A stretch of DNA of 64,000 nt from Gammaproteobacteria bacterium (GTDB lineage: Bacteria; Pseudomonadota; Gammaproteobacteria; Ga0077536): assembly GCA_963662545.2 (NCBI GenBank), contig CAXXLL010000002.1, positions 1,824,001 to 1,888,000 of the forward strand, read 5' to 3'. Under the pieces are notes generated by a model that was given only the letters and a program-made list of their open reading frames with translations, had not been told where the DNA came from and searched no databases. Below, in pieces: positions 20,568 to 30,569 of the stretch; the first letter of the stretch is position 1, and each line of letters begins with the position of its first letter. The translations under genes were made by a program, and so were the position numbers.

Positions 20568-21902
20568 CTAAAAACTGAACGATAAAAATGTCTGGATAAC
20601 GGTAAAATTGTCGTTACCAAAGATCTCTTTGGCGGCGGTATGCGGCCTTGACCACGCAATGCCCGCATAGCCATAGAAGCGGTCGCCGCGAAAATGTTCG
20701 ATACCGAAATTGATCTCGTCGGCCCAGTCGGTATCCGTCACGGGCGTTCCGAAATACTGGGGTTCTTCCAGGTCATGGTGATAATAATAAAACGTAATAG
20801 CCCAGTGTGGATGCGGGAATGATTTTATCTTGAACATCTGAGTAATCTGGTTCTGGTTGAACAGGTGATAATTCCCGGCGATCTCGCCCTGATACCAGGT
20901 ATCCCAGTCACGCTTGAAGATCGTGTAGAAAAGTCCGCGGTATTCCTCGTTTTCCGGCGTTTCCGCCTCGTCGCCCGACAGCCGGACGTAGCGGTAGATC
21001 AGCTTGGGTGTCCAGGGCAGCCCCGGGAAGCTGTATTGCCCTTCGACATACCAGCCGATGGCGTCATTATCGCGGCCGCCGTCATCGTCGTCGGTGCCGA
21101 CCTCGAGGACCCATTCGCCATAGAACTCGAGGTTTTCGATACCAGGAATCTTGATCTCGCTGGCGCGCAGGTTCCAGACCTCGATGCCGTCGAGATTAAA
21201 GGCGTCACCCTGAAGGACTTCGAGATACATGAAGCCGAGGGTTCCAAATGTCTCTGCGGTGGTCGTCTCGAGACTGACGCCTACGACACGGCTGTCGCCT
21301 AAATCACCATCCGTTCTGAGCCAGAAAATGTCCGCGCGTACCGGTTCGGTGTTGAGCTTCACCACCGCGGAGTTGCGCCAGGACTGAAAGGCGCCGATCC
21401 AGTACTGGCCGTTTTCCTCACCCTGATTGAAATTTCCATCGCCGATGATGAAGCCGTCGCCGACCCAGAATTCCTGTCCGCCGACGGACATATCGATGAG
21501 CCCATTACGCCACCCGAAATAGGCGTGATCGGTGTCGAAGGCCTGATCGCCCGAGCGCGCGACCTGCCCGGACAATTCGCCGTCCAGAGTGGTGGTGGCG
21601 GCGACTCCGGAAACAGCGCCATAGAAGGTCGAAGCGTCGAGGGCTAAGGATAAATCGAGTTTTGGAATAAAGGCGAGCCAGAGCACATTACGTTCCGTCT
21701 CGCCGATCGCGTCGAGTGCACCGAGTCCGAAATTGATGCCGTCGCCGTGCTGCAGACCCAGCCTGACATTGAGGCTTGGCTGTACCGTCAGTTTACCGAA
21801 TTCGCGGGCATCGAAGGCGGAAACGGGTAGGGTCGCCCAAGCCAGGACCGCGCATGCGAGGGCACCGAACGCTTCATGCCGACAGAATCCGCGTCTTCTC
21901 AT
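20568..21902 (-). CDS. Predicted outer-membrane beta-barrel (alginate-export/porin-like)
   Basis: Signal peptide, alternating amphipathic strands rich in Y/W/G/D, C-terminal FLSFSF. Confidence 0.65.
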   Translation of the reverse strand: MRRRGFCRHEAFGALACAVLAWATLPVSAFDAREFGKLTVQPSLNVRLGLQHGDGINFGLGALDAIGETERNVLWLAFIPKLDLSLALDASTFYGAVSGVAATTTLDGELSGQVARSGDQAFDTDHAYFGWRNGLIDMSVGGQEFWVGDGFIIGDGNFNQGEENGQYWIGAFQSWRNSAVVKLNTEPVRADIFWLRTDGDLGDSRVVGVSLETTTAETFGTLGFMYLEVLQGDAFNLDGIEVWNLRASEIKIPGIENLEFYGEWVLEVGTDDDDGGRDNDAIGWYVEGQYSFPGLPWTPKLIYRYVRLSGDEAETPENEEYRGLFYTIFKRDWDTWYQGEIAGNYHLFNQNQITQMFKIKSFPHPHWAITFYYYHHDLEEPQYFGTPVTDTDWADEINFGIEHFRGDRFYGYAGIAWSRPHTAAKEIFGNDNFTVIQTFLSFSF

Positions 21903-22726
21903 GGAGATTGAGAATCGATGAGCCGCGCGAAATTCAATAGGGCCTCACGGTAACGTGCCGGCGCGGCAAACGGTATGCCGCCGTGCCCGGCTTCTTCAAT
22001 CCATAACGCCTGTTTAGGCGAAGCGGCTTTTTCGAACAGGGCTTCGCCATGCCACGGGAGAATGAGTTCGTCGTCCAGGCTGTGCATGATCAGCACCGGA
22101 CAGTGAACTTTCGCGATCTTCGACAAGTTGTCGAACCGGTCGAACGGCACGATCGGGATGTGGGTGCGTACCCGAAAGGCCGTGACGAAGGTGCTTTCCA
22201 GTATGAGGCCCGCGACCGATCGGCGCGATGCCAGATCGGTGCTGGGTCCGCCGCCAATTGACCGTCCATAAACAATGACGCGGCGCGCGGGTACGCCGAG
22301 TTCCATCGTGAGGTAATCGAAAGCGGCGTCGATATCCTCATAGGAATTACGCTCGGTCGGTCGTCCTTCACTGGCACCATATCCGCGATAGTCATAGCCG
22401 AACACGGAGAAACCGAATTCGTTGAACCGCGCGAATATGCCGTCCATGTCCCGGAGATCTTCCGCGTTTCCGTGGCTGAACAGGATGGTATAGTCCGATG
22501 AATCAACGGGGCGGTAAAGCGCGGATATCAATTCACCGTCCGGGGTCAGGATCATGATCTCTTTTTCAAACTCGCCGTGCGACGAGATCTCCGGATGGAA
22601 CATCAGGCGGCCCGCTCCGAAGTAAATGATGACGCAAAACGACAAATAGACGAAGAGAACGGCGCGCACGAGGCGCTTCCAAGAGAAATCACCGATCAAA
22701 AACCGCCGCCATTTATCTCTATCCAT
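21899..22726 (-). CDS. Membrane-anchored alpha/beta hydrolase (ABHD17-like)
   Basis: N-terminal TM, SHGNAED, YDYRGYG, GRSIGG nucleophile elbow, HS.DDELI, GH. Confidence 0.85.
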   Translation of the reverse strand: MDRDKWRRFLIGDFSWKRLVRAVLFVYLSFCVIIYFGAGRLMFHPEISSHGEFEKEIMILTPDGELISALYRPVDSSDYTILFSHGNAEDLRDMDGIFARFNEFGFSVFGYDYRGYGASEGRPTERNSYEDIDAAFDYLTMELGVPARRVIVYGRSIGGGPSTDLASRRSVAGLILESTFVTAFRVRTHIPIVPFDRFDNLSKIAKVHCPVLIMHSLDDELILPWHGEALFEKAASPKQALWIEEAGHGGIPFAAPARYREALLNFARLIDSQSP

Positions 22727-22828
22727 GATTTCTTTTTCAGGGTTGGAAGGCCGGCTTGTGGCGTTTGAGCGAGCGTCTGCGTACAGTACTTGGATAGTAA
22801 TCGTGAATAAGAACAAAGTAATGCTTCC

Positions 22829-23200
22829 ATGCACGATTTGAAATTTGGGGTTGTCCTCGGCGATCTGACGATGTCCGCCAGTGAATGCATTCGGCTGGGT
22901 CCCAAGGTCGAGAACTGGGGCTACGATTCGATCTGGATGGCCGATCATTTGATCGATATCGACGGCGCGGTCGCGGACCCTTACACCGTGTTCGGTTACC
23001 TCGCGGCGCGGACTCAGAACGTCCTGAGGCAGATGCATTGCGTCGGCACGGTCGAACAAGTCATTGCGTACTTCGACACCCAGATCCAAGCCGGCGTACG
23101 CCATTTCCTCATCAACCCGGCCGCGAGTCCGGACGTCGACGCGACGCTCGAGGCTTTCAGCACCCAAGTAATGTCGCAGTTAGTGCGGCATTCGCTTTAA
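22829..23200 (+). pseudogene. LLM-class oxidoreductase with large in-frame internal deletion
   Basis: LLM N-terminus (KFGV...GYDSIWMADH...DP...LAART) joined near 23023 directly to an LLM C-terminus (VGTVEQV...AGVRHF...LEAF...VM); only 123 aa. Confidence 0.75.
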
Positions 23201-23355
23201 TAGCGGTCGCCTTGTCGAGGGGAGCTCGAATTGAAAAGCAGTAAATGCGAAACGCGGCGGGAATCTCCAATTACCGTGTGTAAGGAGAATTACCTGCACG
23301 GTCCGGCAGCGCGAGTGCGAAACGGATTCTACGGACTGGCCGGGCCGTTATCTTC

Positions 23356-25386
23356 ATGAGCCGCTTCATGCTCGGTGTCGATGTCGGCAGGACGTTCACG
23401 GATTTCGTCGCCTACGATGTGGACACCCAAAAAGTTCGTGTCTGGAAAAATTTGACGACGCCCGATGACCCGACGACGGGCATTCTCGACGGGCTTAGCC
23501 GCATCGAGCCGGCGTCGATCGCGAATCTCCGGCTCGGCACCACGGTCGCGACCAACGCGATCCTCGAGCGCAAGGGGGCACGCGTGGCCTATATCGCGAC
23601 CCGGGGTTTCCGCGACATTCCGTTTCTGCAGCGTGGCAATCGCGCGCATCACTACGACAGCGGATGGATTAAACCCAAGCCGCTGGTCAAGCGTCGCGAC
23701 TGTTTCGAAGTGGACGAGCGCGTGATGAGCAGCGGCGAGGTGCTGGTGGACCTCGACGAGGACAGCGTGCGCCGGGTAGCCGAAAAGATTCGGATGGACG
23801 GCGGCATCGAGGCCGTGGCAGTCAATCTCCTGTTCTCTTACGTGCATCCCGATCACGAGCGCCGTGTGCGTGCCATTCTCGCAGATGAGCTCGGCGAGCT
23901 GCCGATTTCGATCTCGAGCGAGGTATTGCCCAAGTGGAAGGAATACGAACGTGCCTCGACGGTCTTGGCGGACGCCTACATCAAGCCCGTAGTACATCAC
24001 TATCTGCGCGATATGCGGGCGCGTTTTGCCGCCGCCGGCCTGAATGGAAACTGCGTCGTGATCAAGTCGAACGGCGGCGAAATGACGCTCGAAGCAGCCG
24101 CCGAGCAACCCATTCACCTGACACTTTCCGGGCCCACCGGCGGTGTAGTGGCCGCGCACCACATCGCGCGCGAATTGGGACTCGACCGCGTCGTGACCTT
24201 CGATATGGGCGGGACCTCGACGGATTGTTCGACGATCGTCGAGAACCAGATGAGCTTTACGACCAGCTTCGAGATCGAATTCGGCGTCCCGATCCAGATC
24301 CCGATGGCGGATATCCGCACGATTGGCGCGGGCGGCGGATCCATCGCCTGGGTCGACAAGGGCGGTATGTTACGGGTCGGGCCGCAGAGTGCGGGCGCTA
24401 ATCCCGGACCCGCGTGTTACAACTTCGGCGGTGCCGCCGCGACCGTGACCGATGCGAACCTCGTCCTGGGCCGCATCAATCCGGAGAATTTCCTCGGTGG
24501 GACGATGAAACTGGATAGGGCGAATGCGATCGACGCGATCGGTGACCTCGGCGATCGGATTGGGATGACCACGGAAAATACCGCGCTCGCCATATTGCGG
24601 ATCGTCAACAACAACATGGTGGGGGCGCTCAGGACCGTACTGATCGAACGGGGACTAGACCCGCGCGACTTTGCAATGCTCGCCTTCGGCGGCGCTGGAC
24701 CGTTGCATACCGCCGATCTCATGTTTGAAGCGGGGATTCCGACCGGCGTCGTGCCGATACATCCCGGACAGTTTTCCGCTTTGGGCTTTACCTTGGCGGA
24801 CGCGCGGGTTGACCTCGAACGTACCGTGCAGATGAACTCGCAGCATTTCGACATTGAACGCGCGAGCGAGCTTCTTCACGATCTTGTCGATACGGCGACT
24901 CGCAGCTTGACGGAGCAGGGCTATACGGGCGAGCTGCAGATTATCAAAACACTGGAACTCAGGTACCTGGGCCAGAACTACGAACTCGAAGTGCCATTTT
25001 CCTTCGACGCATTCTCGGCAGAGAATGCCGCCGAGGTGTGGGATAGTTTTCACGCCTTGCACGAGGCACGGTTCGGTTTCAATATTCCGCGTGAAGTCAT
25101 CGAGGTCATTACCATCAAGTGCACCGCGGTGTCGTCGACGGAGAAACCGGCGTTCACGCCGCTTGCAACTGCCGATCACGAGCCGGTACCGCTAACGACC
25201 CGTACAGTGTGGTTCGAGGAGGGCAGCTTTGATACGGCAGTCTACGATCGGCTGGACTTGAAAGCCGGTGATCGGATTACCGGGCCGGCATTGATCGAGG
25301 AGGCAGCATCTGTGACCGTGTTGCGCCCGGGACAAACCTTATCCGTCGCACCGCAAGGACATCTGATCCTGCGGCTTGAAAAATGA
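23356..25386 (+). CDS. Hydantoinase/5-oxoprolinase family, A (ATP-binding) subunit
   Basis: GVDVGRTFTD, GTTVATNA, SGPTGG, DMGGTSTD, TIGAGGGSIA, VGPQSAGANPGPACY, FGGAG. Confidence 0.92.
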   Translation: MSRFMLGVDVGRTFTDFVAYDVDTQKVRVWKNLTTPDDPTTGILDGLSRIEPASIANLRLGTTVATNAILERKGARVAYIATRGFRDIPFLQRGNRAHHYDSGWIKPKPLVKRRDCFEVDERVMSSGEVLVDLDEDSVRRVAEKIRMDGGIEAVAVNLLFSYVHPDHERRVRAILADELGELPISISSEVLPKWKEYERASTVLADAYIKPVVHHYLRDMRARFAAAGLNGNCVVIKSNGGEMTLEAAAEQPIHLTLSGPTGGVVAAHHIARELGLDRVVTFDMGGTSTDCSTIVENQMSFTTSFEIEFGVPIQIPMADIRTIGAGGGSIAWVDKGGMLRVGPQSAGANPGPACYNFGGAAATVTDANLVLGRINPENFLGGTMKLDRANAIDAIGDLGDRIGMTTENTALAILRIVNNNMVGALRTVLIERGLDPRDFAMLAFGGAGPLHTADLMFEAGIPTGVVPIHPGQFSALGFTLADARVDLERTVQMNSQHFDIERASELLHDLVDTATRSLTEQGYTGELQIIKTLELRYLGQNYELEVPFSFDAFSAENAAEVWDSFHALHEARFGFNIPREVIEVITIKCTAVSSTEKPAFTPLATADHEPVPLTTRTVWFEEGSFDTAVYDRLDLKAGDRITGPALIEEAASVTVLRPGQTLSVAPQGHLILRLEK

Positions 25387-25442
25387 TTGTCCCGATTCGG
25401 TACAGGTGATTACCAGGCTGTCAATACAACTGGAGGCCACTG

Positions 25443-27152
25443 ATGTCTGCAACTCGCAAATTAGACCTCGTCACCATGAACATCGTCGAAAATACGATGG
25501 TGTCGATCTGCCGCGAAATGGGCATTACCTTGATGAAGACGTCTTATTCGACGATCTTCAACGAAGCACTCGATTTTACCTGCGCGATCGCATCGCCGCG
25601 TGGCGAAATGCTCGCCGTCGCCGAATTCTGCCCTGCTCAAATCGGCGGCATGCCTCTGTTGATCAAATCGTGTCTGGAAGAGATCCCTTTATCGGAGATC
25701 GAACCGGGTGACGTTCTCGTGCACAACGACCCCTATCGGGGCGGCTTGCATACACCCGAACACACGCTGTTCTGCCCGGTCTACGTGGATGACGAATTGA
25801 TCGCTTTCACCGTTGCGATCGGTCACATCGCCGAAGTGGGCGGCATGGTACCAGGTGGTTTTCCCGCGGAAGCGACCGAGATCTTCCACGAGGGTATCCG
25901 GGTTCCCCCGGTCAAGATCAAAAAGCGTGGCGAGGACGTACCGGAAGTCTGGAAAATCTGGCTCGCGAACGTCCGCACGCCGCGCTACAACTACGGCGAC
26001 ATGCGGGCGTTGATATCGGGCGTCGAGATCGGTGTCCGCCGCCTGCAGGACACGGTAGCCAAGTACGGGCGTGAAGCATTCAAATCGATCTGCGGGGATC
26101 TGATGGATTATGCCGAAGCCCGCATGCGCGCGGAGATCGCCGAGATTCCGGATGGCAAATACAGCTTCGTCGATTACATGGACAACGACGGCGTATCGGA
26201 ATCTGAAATCCGCATAGAAGCGCACTGCTACGTACAGAAAGACGAAATCGTGGTCGATTACACCGGCAGTACGGCACAGGTCTCCGGCCCCATCAACGCC
26301 ACGCTCGGAGTCGCCTGGTCGGCCGCCTACAATGCCATCTTGCACTTGACCGATCCCTCGATCCCGAAAAATTCCGGGTGCTTCCGGCCCATTCGCATCG
26401 TCGCGCCGCAGGGTACGATCGTGAACGTCGACTATCCTGCGCCGGAAGTCGGCGGCAACACCGAGACCCACCCGCGGATTGCGGGCGCGGTCATCGGCGC
26501 GCTCGCGCAGGCTGCGCCGCAGCGCGCAATGGCTGGCGAAGGCGGTACCCATCTCAATTTCGTCTTCGGGGGGATCGATCGAAAACACGACGAATATTTC
26601 GCGTGTTATGACATCGAAACGGTCGGCTGGGGCGCGCGTCCGTTTGCCGACGGTAACGACGCTACCGATTCGATCAATGGCAATTGCCGGTTCATGCCGG
26701 TCGAAGTTTACGAGACACGCTATCCGTGGCTGACGGAGGAGTTCTGCCTGCGCGCCGATTCCGGCGGCGCCGGCGAATTTCGCGGCGGTCTCGGTACCCA
26801 GAAGACCTGGCGCTGTCTCGACGCCGAAATCACTTGCAGCCAATTGACCGATCGCCACGTCCACCAGGCCTGGGGGTTCGACGGTGGGCGTCCCGGTGCG
26901 ACCGGCAATACGTTGTTCATGCAGGCCGGCAAAACCAACTGGCAGACGATGGTCGAGGCCTTCGGCAAGAGTTCGACCAGCAAGTGGTCGAACGTGGTGA
27001 TCAAGCCCGGCGATCGAGTGCGTCTCATGACGCCGGGCGGGGGCGGCTGGGGCGCTCCCGGCAAGCGCAAGCGCGAGTTTATCGACGAAAATCTGGCCGA
27101 AGGCTGGATTACGCTCGAACGCGCACGTAATGATTACGATAGCGATGCGTAG
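25443..27152 (+). CDS. Hydantoinase B/oxoprolinase family subunit
   Basis: S.IFNEALDF, NDPYRGGLHTP, HIAEVGG, EIFHEG, DSGGAGEFRGG, TPGGGGWG. Confidence 0.92.
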   Translation: MSATRKLDLVTMNIVENTMVSICREMGITLMKTSYSTIFNEALDFTCAIASPRGEMLAVAEFCPAQIGGMPLLIKSCLEEIPLSEIEPGDVLVHNDPYRGGLHTPEHTLFCPVYVDDELIAFTVAIGHIAEVGGMVPGGFPAEATEIFHEGIRVPPVKIKKRGEDVPEVWKIWLANVRTPRYNYGDMRALISGVEIGVRRLQDTVAKYGREAFKSICGDLMDYAEARMRAEIAEIPDGKYSFVDYMDNDGVSESEIRIEAHCYVQKDEIVVDYTGSTAQVSGPINATLGVAWSAAYNAILHLTDPSIPKNSGCFRPIRIVAPQGTIVNVDYPAPEVGGNTETHPRIAGAVIGALAQAAPQRAMAGEGGTHLNFVFGGIDRKHDEYFACYDIETVGWGARPFADGNDATDSINGNCRFMPVEVYETRYPWLTEEFCLRADSGGAGEFRGGLGTQKTWRCLDAEITCSQLTDRHVHQAWGFDGGRPGATGNTLFMQAGKTNWQTMVEAFGKSSTSKWSNVVIKPGDRVRLMTPGGGGWGAPGKRKREFIDENLAEGWITLERARNDYDSDA

Positions 27153-27243
27153 GGCACCGCGCGCGGAACGTCGGTGAGCCGATATTCGCGCGCAAGCGCG
27201 CTCCTACAAAAGGCTCGGATGTAGGAGCCCGTTCGCGGGGGAT

Positions 27244-28245
27244 TCAACCAAGCAGCTCGGTCAGAGCCACATCGATGAACGCATTGTCCGCAGTGTCGAT
27301 ACCGAAGCCTGCGCCGTGCCCCCATTTCGACTCGATCGGGCGCAGTTCGGCGTTCGGCATTTTCGAGACTTCATAAGCGCTGTCGGGCACGCGGAAATAG
27401 AGATCGGTATCACCGGGCATGACGATCGCGCGACAGGTAATGCCCGCCAGAGCCTGATCGAAGTTACCGTTGTAGCGATCGTTCGCACTGATGTCGCCGG
27501 TCATCCAGGTGCGTGCCATTGCGATCAGGTCATTCGCATCGTTTTGCAGGAAATAATTCTGGGTGAACTTGACGACGTCGTCCCGCGAACGCAGTCCGAT
27601 CTGCTCGTAGAGTTTCTCGCGGAAGAAATCCTGCGAAAAGAGCCAGCCGGCGTAAACATGACCGAAGGCGAGAATGCCGCGGATGGGTGGTGATTCGTAC
27701 CACCCCTCGTTAAACGCCGGATCAAGTTCGAGTGCATTGACGGCGCTGTCGACAAATACGAAATTATGTTCCGAGATCCGCGCCGAGCAGCAGATTGGCG
27801 CGATCGCCTCGACCCGGTCCGGGAACAGCGCGCCCCACTGGAAGGACTGCATCCCGCCCATCGAAAAGCCGCTGACAAGCTTGATCCGTTTGATTCCCAG
27901 ATGATCGAAAACGAGTTTTTGCTGGCACATCACGTCATCGTAAAGCGTCGTCAGCGGAAAGGCGCCGCGCCCGTAAGGTGCGGGCGTACTGCTGGGCGAG
28001 GTCGAATAGCCGTTGCCGAGCATATTCGGAATGACGACAAAGTATTTTTCGATATCGATCGCGCGGCCTTTCGCAATCATGTACTCGGTTTCCGTGTGCC
28101 GGCCACCGTAAAAGGTCGGGATCACGACCGCATTGTCGGCCGCGCTCGACAACTTGCCGTAGGTTTTGTACGCCAGTTTTACGTCGAGCGTAATGCCACT
28201 CTGAGTAGTGAACTGTGGGATTTCGAGAATTTGATAATCACTCAT
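27244..28245 (-). CDS. Alpha/beta hydrolase, homoserine O-acetyltransferase-like
   Basis: LAYKTYG, GNGYSTSPS, GFSMGG, TDLYF, WGHGAG (Ser-Asp-His triad). Confidence 0.82.
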   Translation of the reverse strand: MSDYQILEIPQFTTQSGITLDVKLAYKTYGKLSSAADNAVVIPTFYGGRHTETEYMIAKGRAIDIEKYFVVIPNMLGNGYSTSPSSTPAPYGRGAFPLTTLYDDVMCQQKLVFDHLGIKRIKLVSGFSMGGMQSFQWGALFPDRVEAIAPICCSARISEHNFVFVDSAVNALELDPAFNEGWYESPPIRGILAFGHVYAGWLFSQDFFREKLYEQIGLRSRDDVVKFTQNYFLQNDANDLIAMARTWMTGDISANDRYNGNFDQALAGITCRAIVMPGDTDLYFRVPDSAYEVSKMPNAELRPIESKWGHGAGFGIDTADNAFIDVALTELLG

Positions 28246-28566
28246 CGTCCATTTCCCCATCAGGTGATCTCGTTGCAATGCAAGCCAGCCCCGCGGCGGA
28301 GAAGCGCATCTGGGACACCCGCAATGCTTACCCCATGCCGGCGTTGACTACGGGTCAAGTTTACAGCTTTCTGGAACCCGCGGTGCCATATCTCGGGCAA
28401 CTTGCGCGACCCTAGCCAATTGGTGACCGCACACGACAGGAAATGCGCTTAACACCGGATTCGGTATAAAAGGAAAAACACTCCCGCCGCGAGCAGGTAG
28501 GGGTTAAACTTGAACGCCAGCAACGTCGATGCGCTTAAATGCCGGATTTCTTTAATGACTGCATAC

Positions 28567-29793
28567 ATGACACATGCATTGCCTGACATCGTGTTGACCG
28601 ATCACCTTCGAGGCATCCTGGATCAACTCGATGAATCCATCACTGATCTCGAATCCTGCATCTCCCTCCCGCCAGAAGTGTATACCTCCGAAGCGTGGTT
28701 CGAATTTGAGAAGCGGGCGGTATGGGACCGCGAATGGATCTGTGTCGGGCATGTCGGACACATTCCCGAAACGGGCGACTACACGTCGATCACTATCAAC
28801 GATGATCCGCTGCTGGTATTGCGCGGCTTAGAAGGGGAAATACGCGTCATGTCGGCGGTTTGCCAGCACCGCGGCCACCTGCTCGGCGAAGCCAGCGGCA
28901 ATACCCGGGTGTTCACCTGTCCGTTTCACGCCTGGTCCTACGATCTTGAAGGCAGGCTCTTGAGCGCACCCGAAATGAAGGCGCATGCGTCACTGGACGA
29001 ACTTCGGAAAACGTTTTGCCTACCGCGCTTGTGCGTGGAGATTTGGCAAGGTTTCATTTTCGTCAACATAGATGGCAACGCGCCGCCGCTCGGCGCGAGA
29101 CTCAAGCGGCTGTCGAAGGAAATTGCGAATCATCACCTGGGCGAGATGGGGGCAACGCCGACGGTAGACTGGCCGGACAATCCATGGAACTGGAAATTTA
29201 TGCATGAAAACGCGATTGAACCCCACCATACCGGCTACTTACACAAGGGACCACACGATTTCGCCCCGCCGCGCCTGGCGAGTTTCTTCGCGTGGAACGA
29301 GCAAGACGATGGCGCGATATTTCATCCGACCGGTTTCCTGACCAGGGACGCCAACTTCACCGCGGGGTTTCGCTGCCTATTCCCAATCATCGAAACGCTG
29401 ACCGATGCAGAACGACAGCGGGTCATGTTTGCATGCGTTCTGCCGAACCTGTTTTTCGGCTGTGTCCCAGACGGCTGTTTCTATTACTGGATTCTGCCGC
29501 AAGGCGTCGGCGCACTCACCCTGCGCGTAGGGTTTTTGTACCCTCATTCGACGCTGCACATGGATAACTTTGATGTCACTCTGAAAGCCGTGATCGACGG
29601 CATATCCATTTATAACGATCAGGATACGATCGCAAATACTTCGGTTCACAAAGGCCTCAAATCTAGGTTCGCCAATCGCGGGCGATATGGCCCGAAGGAA
29701 GCGACACTGCAGCAGATGAACCGCTGGTTAGTGAAGCGATACCGTGAATATGCCGAAGACCTTATGGCCATCCGGAGCGCGGATGATCGATGA
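28567..29793 (+). CDS. Rieske non-heme iron oxygenase alpha subunit
   Basis: Rieske CQHRG...CPFHAWSY; catalytic NWK...ENAIEPHHTGYLH and NDQD; start uncertain (28510-28567). Confidence 0.9.
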   Translation: MTHALPDIVLTDHLRGILDQLDESITDLESCISLPPEVYTSEAWFEFEKRAVWDREWICVGHVGHIPETGDYTSITINDDPLLVLRGLEGEIRVMSAVCQHRGHLLGEASGNTRVFTCPFHAWSYDLEGRLLSAPEMKAHASLDELRKTFCLPRLCVEIWQGFIFVNIDGNAPPLGARLKRLSKEIANHHLGEMGATPTVDWPDNPWNWKFMHENAIEPHHTGYLHKGPHDFAPPRLASFFAWNEQDDGAIFHPTGFLTRDANFTAGFRCLFPIIETLTDAERQRVMFACVLPNLFFGCVPDGCFYYWILPQGVGALTLRVGFLYPHSTLHMDNFDVTLKAVIDGISIYNDQDTIANTSVHKGLKSRFANRGRYGPKEATLQQMNRWLVKRYREYAEDLMAIRSADDR

Positions 29794-29806
29794 CGGTCCT
29801 AGGGAT

Positions 29807-30559
29807 ATGGCCATGAGCGACCGCGAACTCGAACGGATCAAGGATCGCCTGGACGACCTCGAAGCGCGGCTGCAGGACATCGAAGATCGCGATGCGATCG
29901 TGACCTTAATAGTCGATTATGCGCGAGCCTGCGATCAAGGAAACGACCCCTTGCTCCTCGACCCATTGTTTACGGAAGACGCCGTGTGGGAATGCGGGGG
30001 TTTCGGGCGTTACGAGGGAAGGGCGCGGCTCTGTTCGGCATTGCAAGGGATAGCCGCAGAGAAGATCTGGTGGTCACTGCACTACATGATCTCGCCCAGG
30101 ATCGAAATTGACGCCGACAATGACTGCGCGACCGCCTTTTGGTACCTGTGGGAGTCGGCGACGATTCCCGACAGCGCCACTGACAAGCCGGAACCCCATT
30201 GGATCGGCGCCACCTATGACGCGATCGTCGTCAAGCAGGCGGGGCGGTGGTTGTTCCAGTCGATGCAACTAAACCTCAACATGGTCAGTCCTTACTCAGA
30301 CGGATGGGTCAAGCGCCCATTTCCAGAGGGCGGCGCCAATCTTCCGTATTTTCAAAAAACGGAACCGGGTAACTATGCCTGGTGCGCGTGCGGTCGCTCG
30401 AAGAGACAACCTTTTTGCGACGGCTCGCATAGAGACACGGCTGTCCAACCGTGCAGATTTAACGTTGAATCCGAGAAGCTACTGGCTCTGTGCGGTTGCA
30501 AGCGCACCGCAACGCCCCCCTATTGCGACGGGACGCATATGGACCTGGATTTCGATTAG
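29807..30559 (+). CDS. NTF2/SnoaL-like domain fused to two CDGSH iron-sulfur motifs
   Basis: EDRDAI..L...YARACD...LFTEDAVW...G.YEGR...HY...P.I (SnoaL_4-like); WCACGRSKRQPFCDGSH and LCGCKRTATPPYCDGTH. Confidence 0.82.
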   Translation: MAMSDRELERIKDRLDDLEARLQDIEDRDAIVTLIVDYARACDQGNDPLLLDPLFTEDAVWECGGFGRYEGRARLCSALQGIAAEKIWWSLHYMISPRIEIDADNDCATAFWYLWESATIPDSATDKPEPHWIGATYDAIVVKQAGRWLFQSMQLNLNMVSPYSDGWVKRPFPEGGANLPYFQKTEPGNYAWCACGRSKRQPFCDGSHRDTAVQPCRFNVESEKLLALCGCKRTATPPYCDGTHMDLDFD

Positions 30560-30569
30560 AAGTGGTCTC

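Noticed and set aside
22727-23167. N-terminal extension of the 422-aa hydrolase ORF
   Set aside because: It is antisense to the deleted LLM gene; the hydrolase pattern starts at MDRDKW (22726)
25689-26864. Long antisense ORFs (also 23329-24162, 37889-38617, 43686-44534, 230-844)
   Set aside because: Shadow frames of well-supported genes, expected from GC-rich codon bias; no motifs of their own
27244-28245. Calling the hydrolase metX
   Set aside because: It lacks the usual HALTG and GGSMGG signatures of true MetX (has PTFYGG and GFSMGG) and sits in a catabolic context
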